In this document: positions 15,998 to 23,477 of the stretch, piece by piece
Layout: each line of letters starts with the position of its first letter
Position numbering within the stretch: position 1 is the first letter of the stretch
IMG/VR virus record: IMGVR_UViG_3300043621_000052
Span: 1 to 43,245 of that record
DNA length: 43,245 bases
Reading direction: 5' to 3' (one strand)
Source of the DNA: a virus
Taxonomy: Duplodnaviria > Caudoviricetes
The notes under the pieces: model-generated
Seen by the model: only the letters and a program-made list of their open reading frames with translations
Told to the model about the DNA's origin: nothing
Database searches by the model: none
Position numbers and translations under genes: made by a program

Positions 15998-16384
15998 GTG
16001 CTACTTATCCTACTCTCGCAATGGTATTCTGGATTTTACAAAACCATGTGTCATCCGCAAACCTCCATATGGAGAGGTGGCCGGGTCGTGTGGGGTGGGT
16101 GGGTGCATGATCAGGATCGATAGCATCATGCCTCGGTTGCACACGCGCACGTTGCACAACCTATGGTTATCAACCCTAGGTTGTATCTTCATGGGCCGGA
16201 TGGGCTCGGGCTGGCGCCGATCGGGCACGAGCCCCCCGGCCGGGGGGTGCCGGGGGGCGAGCCCTTGGAAAGGGGTCCCACCCATCCCTTCGAACACCCC
16301 CCCCTGGCCTTTTCTATACGAAAGTGGAACGACCCAAAAAACGGCGCGGCTCTCTCGGGTGATGTTACGATAGGAGACTGAACC

Positions 16385-16924
16385 ATGCGCGTGGCGAAAC
16401 CGCCTGTGTATAGCCTGGAACTCGACGAGTGGATCAGCAAGGCGGAGCGTGCCCGCCTGGAGCGGGAGCGTGATGCGACGATCGAGGCGCGTCTCGCGGC
16501 GGCGAAGGACGATCCCGTCGCCGCCGCTCTGCTCGATATTGATCTGTGCGTCGGCGCCATCGCCAGCCGGCTGGAGCGAGCCGTGAAAGCCACGCGCCTG
16601 ATGGTTGACAAATCGTATGATGAGATCAACCGCGTCCTGAAGAAGGTCGCGGGCTTCGAAGCGACGATCGCCGAGCTCACCCACCCCGAGCTCCCGCTCC
16701 GTGTCGTGCAATGGCCCAACGACCCGAGCGATCCGACGCAAGGCGTGTCGCAGTCGTTGCAGCTGTGGGTGGGCGCGGCCTGGCGGGACATTGAGATAGT
16801 GGAGCTCCCTCGCCAGCCACGCGCCCGGTGGCCGACGGCTCCTAAAACGGTGGTCAACCCAAACCTCACCGCTGACCGGCCGGTCCCCGATCATCTTAAA
16901 TCGCCGTTGCTGCCCCGGCGATGA
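16385..16924 (+). CDS. Hypothetical protein (179 aa)
   Basis: SD aggag; coupled to the next gene by ATGA. Confidence 0.75.
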   Translation: MRVAKPPVYSLELDEWISKAERARLERERDATIEARLAAAKDDPVAAALLDIDLCVGAIASRLERAVKATRLMVDKSYDEINRVLKKVAGFEATIAELTHPELPLRVVQWPNDPSDPTQGVSQSLQLWVGAAWRDIEIVELPRQPRARWPTAPKTVVNPNLTADRPVPDHLKSPLLPRR

Positions 16925-17154
16925 GCATAACGATACCACCCGAGGAGCTGGAGCCGACGTGGAGCGACGAGGGACCGATGTGCCCTGGCTGCGGCGCGAA
17001 GTGGCCCACCGATGAGGCCTCGTATTTCAATGAAATCGGCTTCGAACTGGAGTGTGACGAGTGTGACCTCATCTTCGAGGTCCAGCCGGTTTGTTCGTGG
17101 TCGTGGACAAGCCGTGGATTGTATCGGCGTGGCTTTGGAAGGAACGACCCGTGA
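16921..17154 (+). CDS. Small zinc-ribbon protein (77 aa)
   Basis: CPGC...CDEC; overlaps neighbours at both ends. Confidence 0.75.
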   Translation: MSITIPPEELEPTWSDEGPMCPGCGAKWPTDEASYFNEIGFELECDECDLIFEVQPVCSWSWTSRGLYRRGFGRNDP

Positions 17155-18554
17155 GCGCCACCCTCGCCACCAGCGATCCCGATGCCCTCCGCGCGATCCG
17201 TCTGGAGGCGAAACGACTCCTGTCGGAACGCCAGATTGAATTATACGAACCGTATCCGAAACAAGCCGCGTTTCATGCGTTTGGAAAGACCGCGCGCGAA
17301 CGGCTGCTGCTCGCCTCAAACCAGACCGGCAAGACCTTCTCGGCATCAGCCGAAATGTCCTTCCATCTCACCGGGCTCTACCCGCCCTGGTGGCAGGGGC
17401 GCACATTCGCCGATCCCATCGCCGCCTGGGCGATCGGCGTGTCCTCCGAGCTCACCCGCGACTCTTGTCAGCGCCTGCTCTTCGGAAGACCCTCCGCCCC
17501 CGGCACCGGCCTCGTTCCCCGGCGCCTCATAAAGGCCACCACGGCGGCGAGAGGCGTGTCCGAGGCCTATGACACCGTCACCGTCTCCCATGCATCCGGC
17601 GGCAACTCGACCGTCGGTTTTAAGTCTTATCAACAGGACCGCACCAAGCTCCAGGCCGAGACGCTCGATGTCGTATGGCTTGACGAGGAGCCACCGTATG
17701 AAATTTATAGCGAAGCCGTAACGAGAACCAATGCGTCCAATGGGATGATCATGCTCACCTTCACGCCACTTGAAGGCATGAGTGACGTTGTGCGCTTGTT
17801 TTATCCCAAGCCCACATCCCCCGATCGTGTCCTCATACAGATGACGATCGACGACGCGGCGCATTTCAGTCCCGAACAGAGAAAACGGATCGTTGCGTTT
17901 TATAAACCACATGAAAGAGAGGCGAGGACGAGGGGCATCCCTCAACTCGGCAGCGGCAAGGTCTTCGCCGTCCCCGAGGATGCGTTTGTCTGCGAGGCGT
18001 TCGCCATTCCCCGACACTGGCCGCGCCTGATGGGGATCGACCTCGGCTATGATCATCCCTTTGGCGCCGTTCAGATCGCCCACGACCGCGAGGCCGACGC
18101 CGTCTACGTCACCCACGCCCTGAGCGTTACCCAGCACACCGTCGCGCAGCACAGCGCGATCTTGAAAGGCTGGGGCGCGTTTGTCCCGGTCGCGTGGCCG
18201 CACGACGCGGCGTCACACGACCGCACCAGCGGAGAGCCGATCGCCGAGCTCTACCGGAAACAAGGCCTCAAAATGTGTTTCGAGCACGCGACTTTCCCTG
18301 AAGGTGGCTACGGCCTCGAGGCGTCGATCGCCGACATGATCGACCGTCTGGAGTCGGGCCGGCTGCGGATCTTCAGCCACCTGACGGACCTCCTTGAGGA
18401 GCTCAGAAACTACCACAGAAAGGACGGAAAACCCGTCAAAATGCACGACGATGTGATCTCGGCACTTCGTTACGCCTTGATGATGTTGCGCTTCGCGCGG
18501 GTGCCCTCCGGCGTCTCTGGGGGCGCCCTGAAACGCGGTCTGAGGGTCGTATGA
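17151..18554 (+). CDS. terL: Terminase large subunit (P22 gp2-like)
   Basis: Motifs PYPKQ, ASNQTGKT, WLDEEP, TFTPLEG, GIDLGYDHP and DDVISALRYA. GTG start at 17151 with SD. Confidence 0.95.
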   Translation: MSATLATSDPDALRAIRLEAKRLLSERQIELYEPYPKQAAFHAFGKTARERLLLASNQTGKTFSASAEMSFHLTGLYPPWWQGRTFADPIAAWAIGVSSELTRDSCQRLLFGRPSAPGTGLVPRRLIKATTAARGVSEAYDTVTVSHASGGNSTVGFKSYQQDRTKLQAETLDVVWLDEEPPYEIYSEAVTRTNASNGMIMLTFTPLEGMSDVVRLFYPKPTSPDRVLIQMTIDDAAHFSPEQRKRIVAFYKPHEREARTRGIPQLGSGKVFAVPEDAFVCEAFAIPRHWPRLMGIDLGYDHPFGAVQIAHDREADAVYVTHALSVTQHTVAQHSAILKGWGAFVPVAWPHDAASHDRTSGEPIAELYRKQGLKMCFEHATFPEGGYGLEASIADMIDRLESGRLRIFSHLTDLLEELRNYHRKDGKPVKMHDDVISALRYALMMLRFARVPSGVSGGALKRGLRVV

Positions 18555-18560
18555 CCTCCC

Positions 18561-18594
18561 CTTGACACACACCTCACACACACACCTATGTGTG
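18561..18594 (+). promoter_or_regulatory. Probable sigma70-type promoter overlapped by ACACACACCT direct repeats
   Basis: TTGACA at 18562-18567, CTATGT at 18586-18591 (long spacer), and 10-bp repeats at 18565 and 18578. Confidence 0.55.
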
Positions 18595-18599
18595 CTTGA

Positions 18600-18634
18600 C
18601 GGACGGAGCCGATCCCGGCGCCGCCGAAAGAGGA
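18600..18634 (+). repeat. Bulged hairpin + SD leader, copy 1
   Basis: CGG[A]CGGAGCCG-atcc-CGGCGCCGCCG-AAAGAGGA. Confidence 0.55.
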
Positions 18635-18642
18635 CCAAAACG

Positions 18643-18960
18643 ATGGCTAAATCAGGCCCTGCCGCCGTGTCACGCGGCGCACGCATCGAGAAGAAGGTAA
18701 ACGCCGCGCTCATCGCCGCCGGGTGCGCGGGCTACACCGCCCGGTTCATCGAGTCCGATGACGAGATGGACGACAGCGTCTCCATTCTGCTGCACGGGGA
18801 AGAGAGCTCGTGGAACCTGCAACTCGGTCCCGATTACTGCGGCGTCAACGAGTATGGCTACAAGGACGGTTTCATCGACTGGATGCGGGACCACGGTCTT
18901 TATCGTTCGCAGGCAGCCGCCGTCGCCAAATTGTGCGCGCTGCTGCGCCCCTCCGCCTGA
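18643..18960 (+). CDS. Hypothetical protein (105 aa)
   Basis: SD gagga; ATG at 18643. Confidence 0.8.
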   Translation: MAKSGPAAVSRGARIEKKVNAALIAAGCAGYTARFIESDDEMDDSVSILLHGEESSWNLQLGPDYCGVNEYGYKDGFIDWMRDHGLYRSQAAAVAKLCALLRPSA

Positions 18961-19003
18961 CCCAACCCACGAGCGGCCCCGATTGGCGGGGCCGTCGAAG
19001 GAG
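18961..19003 (+). repeat. Bulged hairpin + SD leader, copy 2
   Basis: CCCAACCCA-CGA[G]CGGCCCCG-attgg-CGGGGCCGTCG-AAGGAG. Confidence 0.8.
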
Positions 19004-19011
19004 TAAATCCC

Positions 19012-19251
19012 ATGGCTAAATACTACGCTGACCTGAACCCCCTTTTCCCCTCCAACGGCGCGAAGAAGTGGGCCGTTTTCTTTCGCGGGGAGGAGAAAAA
19101 CTCCGCCGTGCGCATCGGCGGATTTGAGTTCGTAACCCGCCGCGCCGCCGAGAACAACGCCGCTCGCATGAACGCCAACATGCGGCGACAGGCTGCTTTC
19201 GAGCAGCTGCTGAACGACCCGAACTGGGTTGGCTCGCGCCACCACTACTGA
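19012..19251 (+). CDS. Hypothetical protein (79 aa)
   Basis: Strong SD aaggag. Confidence 0.8.
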   Translation: MAKYYADLNPLFPSNGAKKWAVFFRGEEKNSAVRIGGFEFVTRRAAENNAARMNANMRRQAAFEQLLNDPNWVGSRHHY

Positions 19252-19252
19252 T

Positions 19253-19294
19253 CCCAACCACGAGCGGCGCCCCGAGGGGGTGCCGTCGAAGGAG
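19253..19294 (+). repeat. Bulged hairpin + SD leader, copy 3
   Basis: CCCAACCA-CGA[G]CGGCGCCCC-gag-GGGGTGCCGTCG-AAGGAG. Confidence 0.8.
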
Positions 19295-19300
19295 CCCACC

Positions 19301-19444
19301 ATGACCGACGAACAGCGAGACGCTCTGGATTGGATCGCGTGGGTCAACGCCGAGCGTCGGCACGCCGATGCACCGCGCCGCGATCTGTCGCGGCTCTGGG
19401 TGCGGCGGATACTTTGGAACCTGAGAGGAACATCCCATGGCTGA
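19301..19444 (+). CDS. Hypothetical protein (47 aa)
   Basis: SD aaggag before the ATG at 19301. Confidence 0.7.
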   Translation: MTDEQRDALDWIAWVNAERRHADAPRRDLSRLWVRRILWNLRGTSHG

Positions 19445-19883
19445 ACGTTTCAACATCTACGCGGGGCCGCCGATCGTGCGCGCCCTGGAGCAGGCCGGCC
19501 GCGACAACAAATCCGGCCGCATGAACGACATCGCGGCGCGCTATGACGCGATCATCGCGCACGAGCTCGCCGGCCTGTCGTTTTCGTTTCGAGAGTGGGG
19601 CGCGATTGTCTCAGCCAACCGGGAGATGAACGGTCTGACGTGGCGGCAGGCCTGGGCCAATGTTTCCGATCGGCCTGAGATAGCCCCGAGGTGGAAGATC
19701 GACGCCCAGGCGCTCGCCACGCGGATGCGGGCGCTGCCCGTCCCGGCGCAGGCGGCGATCGTGGAGGTTATCGACCGCTTCTGGTCGCTCAACGCCGACG
19801 GCGACGGCGCGTATGACCAGCTACTGGCCGAGGCCGGCGTCACCTTCGCGCAGCCCGAGGAGGCGTCGCATGTGGCTCCCTGA
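19437..19883 (+). CDS. Putative ribbon-helix-helix-like DNA-binding protein (148 aa)
   Basis: N-terminal RFNIY strand followed by two helices (SGRMNDIAARY); SD gagga. The fold call is tentative. Confidence 0.6.
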   Translation: MAERFNIYAGPPIVRALEQAGRDNKSGRMNDIAARYDAIIAHELAGLSFSFREWGAIVSANREMNGLTWRQAWANVSDRPEIAPRWKIDAQALATRMRALPVPAQAAIVEVIDRFWSLNADGDGAYDQLLAEAGVTFAQPEEASHVAP

Positions 19884-20217
19884 CGCCGTCCTCAAAGATG
19901 TCCGCGACCACGGCGCGCGGGTGTTTTATCTCTCATACCCAGCTGCGCGCCGTTGGGCGGAGGACCGGCCGCCGGGGGAGCCGTTGGTTTTCTCGGGCTG
20001 GTATTGGACCCTCGGCGACCGCGAGGCCGGGCCGTTCAAATCCCAGAGCTCCGCGTGGAGAGACGCCTACTACAAGCTGGGGCGCCGCAAGGCGCCCCTT
20101 CTCACGTCTTACAACGACGGTTTCGAGCGTGTCCGCGCCAGGCAGGAGGTGGCGACACGCAACGCCAAGGACGCGGCGGCATCGACACGCCGGGCGCGCC
20201 TCAAGGTGGTCGCCTGA
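19870..20217 (+). CDS. Hypothetical protein (115 aa)
   Basis: SD gaggagg; GWYW...GPF motif seen in small phage proteins. Confidence 0.75.
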   Translation: MWLPDAVLKDVRDHGARVFYLSYPAARRWAEDRPPGEPLVFSGWYWTLGDREAGPFKSQSSAWRDAYYKLGRRKAPLLTSYNDGFERVRARQEVATRNAKDAAASTRRARLKVVA

Positions 20218-20711
20218 TGGCCGCCGTGAGACGCCAGCCGGCCTACGAGCCGACGGCGGCCGTCCTGCGCGAGGCGGCCAAGGCGGCCGGCGTCAAAAAC
20301 GTTGCCCTCGCCGAAGCGATCGGGGTGGGCGCCAACACGATCCACAACATGATGAACGCCAAATCCCCCGTCAGTCTCAAAGAGTCGCGCATCATGGCGG
20401 CGATGCTCGACCTCCACCCGGAGTGCCTTGTCTCGGCGGCGCTCCCGCACGGGAACACCGGCCACGGCGGCCGGCGCCGAGGCAGCGGGAGGAAGTCGGG
20501 GCCGGCGGCACGCGCCGCCGCGCTGCATGCCGCCACCACCTCGGCGGTGAACGGTGAGGCGCTGCCGCCGGCTCCGCGGCCGACGCCGATCCTGGGCATG
20601 GAGATCCTCTCGGACGGTAATGCCCTCGTCACCATGCGCATCACGCTGCCGGCCGATCGCGGCGCGGTCCTGTTCAGGACGCTGCTGGACTTTGGCGTGA
20701 CGGGGACATAA
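20217..20711 (+). CDS. Second XRE-family HTH regulator (164 aa)
   Basis: Motif LREAAKAAGVKNVALAEAIGVGANTIHNMMN; TGATG coupling. Confidence 0.8.
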   Translation: MAAVRRQPAYEPTAAVLREAAKAAGVKNVALAEAIGVGANTIHNMMNAKSPVSLKESRIMAAMLDLHPECLVSAALPHGNTGHGGRRRGSGRKSGPAARAAALHAATTSAVNGEALPPAPRPTPILGMEILSDGNALVTMRITLPADRGAVLFRTLLDFGVTGT

Positions 20712-20743
20712 CCTTTCGGCGTCTATTCGTCACACCCCCTCGC

Positions 20744-20779
20744 GCCCCGGCGGCACCCCCGCTGCCGGGGCTTTTTTTT
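20744..20779 (+). terminator. Intrinsic terminator
   Basis: Stem GCCCCGGCGGC / GCTGCCGGGGC followed by T8. Confidence 0.9.
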
Positions 20780-20857
20780 ATCCACACCTGAGTCTCCAAA
20801 ACCACCCAGAGTCTCATCTCTTGCAATAGTCGCGAAACGGCCTTAACCCTCCCTGTA

Positions 20858-20872
20858 TTGCAACCGTTGCAA
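20858..20872. promoter_or_regulatory. Operator-like palindrome TTGCAACCGTTGCAA upstream of the portal gene
   Basis: Perfect 7-1-7 palindrome; 17 bp (20855-20871) identical to 10701-10717. Confidence 0.7.
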
Positions 20873-20882
20873 GGGAGTCGCT

Positions 20883-23477
20883 TTGGCCCGGCGGGCTCGC
20901 AAACAGGACGCGATGGACGATGAGGAGATCCTCGCGGTTCTGCGCGCCTACCGCGAGGACGCGGCGTCATACGCCGACGACACGCTGGCCCCCGATCGTG
21001 AACGCGCTTTCGTGTATTACGAAGGACTCGTGCTTAACGACGACAATACTCCCGAACAACGCGACCCTGGTCGGTCAGGAACGGTCGTTCGTGAAGTAGC
21101 CGACATCATCCACACCATGCTGCCCGGCATCATCCGGGTTTTCGCTGGTGGAGACAAGGTTGTTGACTACGAACCACGCAATCAGGAGGACGAGGAAGCG
21201 GCCAGACAGGCCACCGACTACGTCCAGTATCTGTTGAACGCGGACGGGAATAACTGGTTCTGTACTTTATACGATAGCGTCCACGATGCCTTGCTGAAGA
21301 AGATAGGCGTCATCAAGTGGTGGTTTGATGAGAGCAATTCTGTCGAGGAGTTCGATTATACTGGTTTGACGCTCCTCCAGTTCTTGCAACTTAGCAACGA
21401 TCCCGAGATCGAGGTGCTGGAGCAATCAACCCAGGCCGACGACACCGAGGCGCCGGCTGCTTCACCCCCGACCCCTTCGCCAGCGCCGGCCGTTCCTTCC
21501 GAGCAGCCAGGCGAAGCAGAGCCCCCGGCGGGTCAGGCCCCACCGATCCCGCCGGGTGGCTCGCCTCAACCACCCACACCACCGATCGCGCCTCCCGAGC
21601 AGCCAGCTGCCGGCATGGGTGCGACGGCGCCGCCGGGCGGAGATGTAGCGTCCACGCAACCGGCGGCGCCGCCCATGCCCCCTCAACTCCCCGGCATGTT
21701 CGACACGGGACCGCAGCCGTTGATCGACTGCACCGTGCGCCGCACCCGCCAGAAACGCGTCCTGCGTGTCGCGGCCGTGCCCCCGGAAGAGTTCCTGATT
21801 GCCCGCGACGCCAGATCCGTCCTGACCAGCCGCTACACCGCGCACCGGACCATGCCCACCGTCTCCGATCTGGTGGAGCGTGGTTACGACCGCGAGATGG
21901 TCGAGGAGCACGCCTCCCCCGACGCGGAAGCCCGCAACACCACGAGCCAGACCGAGGCCCGGCAGCGCAACCCCGGTCTGCGGGAAGGTGATGTCGACGG
22001 TGGCCCCGACATCAGCACCTGGCGCGTGCCACACACCGAGGCCTGGGTGCGTCTCGACGTGGATGGCGACGGCATTGCTGAATTGCATCACATTTGCACG
22101 GTCGGCGAAAGCCAGGAAGAGATCGCCGTCGACGAGATCGACTACGACGCGCCGTTTGCCCTCTTATCCGCTGTCCGCCTGCCGCACGCGGCGATCGGCT
22201 ACTCGATCGCGGACCAGACGATCGACTTGCAGGACATCAAGACCTCAGTCCTCCGCAGCATCCTTGATAGTTTAGCACAATCCATCTTCCCGCGCACGGC
22301 TGTTGTTGAGAACGCGGTCACGATGGACGACGTCCTCAATAACGAGGTCGGCGCGATCATCCGCATGCAGGCACCGGGAATGGTGCAGGCCCTGTCTGAA
22401 CCTTTCATCGGTCAGCAGGCGCTGGGCGTGATGAATTACCTTGATGAGATGCGCGCGCAGCGCACCGGCATTTCGCGTCAGTCACAAGGCCTCGACGCCA
22501 ACGTCCTACAGTCAACCACGAAATCCGCTGTCTCCGCCTCGGTCGAAGCGCAGCAGGACCGCGTCGAGCTGATCGCGCGCACGTTCGCCGAAATTGGCGT
22601 GAAAGACGTTTTCCGGGGCCTGCTGCGGTTCGTGATCCGGCACCAGGACAAGCCGCGCGTCGTTCGCCTCCGCAACCAATGGGTCAACGTCGATCCGCGT
22701 TTCTGGGACGCGGAGATGGACGTGTCGGTGAACGTCGGACTGGGGCGCGGCACCGACGAAACGCGCATGGCGTTCCTGGCCACGATTGGACAAAAGCAAG
22801 AACAGGTCTTGCAGATGCTGGGGCCAGACAACGCCCTCGTGTCGATCGGGCAACTACGCGAAACCTACGCCGAGATGCTCAGGATCGCGGGCTTCAAAAA
22901 CCCAGACAGGTTCTTCAAGGTCGTTACGCCAAACCAAGAGCAAATGCTGAGCCAGCAGATGGCGCAGAACAAACCGCCGGATCCGAACCAGCTCCTGGCC
23001 CAGGTCGAAGGCGAGAAGACCAAGGCGAAATTCCAGACCGACCAGAGCCAGCTTCAATACGATGTGGCAAAGGCCAAATCCGACGATGATTTCCGCCGCG
23101 ACCAGCTCGACGCGGATGTGCTCCTTCGCGCCGCCGAGATCGCCGCCAAGTACGGCACCCAGATCGATATTCAATCGATCCAGGCCGCGCTGGAGCGTGA
23201 CCGGACGGCGATGGCGCAGGCGCATGAGCTGCAAATGTCCCGTGAACAGCAGCAGGCCGCTGAACTGAGCCAGGGCGCGGCGCGGGCCGCCCAGGAGCGC
23301 ATCCAAAACGCGAGCCTCGGCGCGAACCGCGACATCGCGACCCAGCGCGCGAACACGCAGATCCGTACCGGGTTGATCCGCGAGGCGCTGCGCGCGCCGC
23401 CGATCGGCGCGGGCATCAACGGTGCGGCACCCCCCGGCGGCGGTAACGGTGCCGCCGCGCCGGATGGAGGCCTCTGA
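20883..23477 (+). CDS. Portal protein with a Pro-rich insertion
   Basis: Motifs RERAFVYYEG, DEEAARQATDYVQY, VPPEEFLI, DLQDIKTSVLRSILD and ELIARTFAE; position between terL and scaffold; TTG start with SD gggag. Confidence 0.92.
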   Translation: MARRARKQDAMDDEEILAVLRAYREDAASYADDTLAPDRERAFVYYEGLVLNDDNTPEQRDPGRSGTVVREVADIIHTMLPGIIRVFAGGDKVVDYEPRNQEDEEAARQATDYVQYLLNADGNNWFCTLYDSVHDALLKKIGVIKWWFDESNSVEEFDYTGLTLLQFLQLSNDPEIEVLEQSTQADDTEAPAASPPTPSPAPAVPSEQPGEAEPPAGQAPPIPPGGSPQPPTPPIAPPEQPAAGMGATAPPGGDVASTQPAAPPMPPQLPGMFDTGPQPLIDCTVRRTRQKRVLRVAAVPPEEFLIARDARSVLTSRYTAHRTMPTVSDLVERGYDREMVEEHASPDAEARNTTSQTEARQRNPGLREGDVDGGPDISTWRVPHTEAWVRLDVDGDGIAELHHICTVGESQEEIAVDEIDYDAPFALLSAVRLPHAAIGYSIADQTIDLQDIKTSVLRSILDSLAQSIFPRTAVVENAVTMDDVLNNEVGAIIRMQAPGMVQALSEPFIGQQALGVMNYLDEMRAQRTGISRQSQGLDANVLQSTTKSAVSASVEAQQDRVELIARTFAEIGVKDVFRGLLRFVIRHQDKPRVVRLRNQWVNVDPRFWDAEMDVSVNVGLGRGTDETRMAFLATIGQKQEQVLQMLGPDNALVSIGQLRETYAEMLRIAGFKNPDRFFKVVTPNQEQMLSQQMAQNKPPDPNQLLAQVEGEKTKAKFQTDQSQLQYDVAKAKSDDDFRRDQLDADVLLRAAEIAAKYGTQIDIQSIQAALERDRTAMAQAHELQMSREQQQAAELSQGAARAAQERIQNASLGANRDIATQRANTQIRTGLIREALRAPPIGAGINGAAPPGGGNGAAAPDGGL

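Noticed and set aside
18600-19294. Repeated intergenic elements as a mini CRISPR array or true integron
   Set aside because: The units are separated by whole genes, loops vary, there is no GTTRRRY core, and no intact integron integrase is present.
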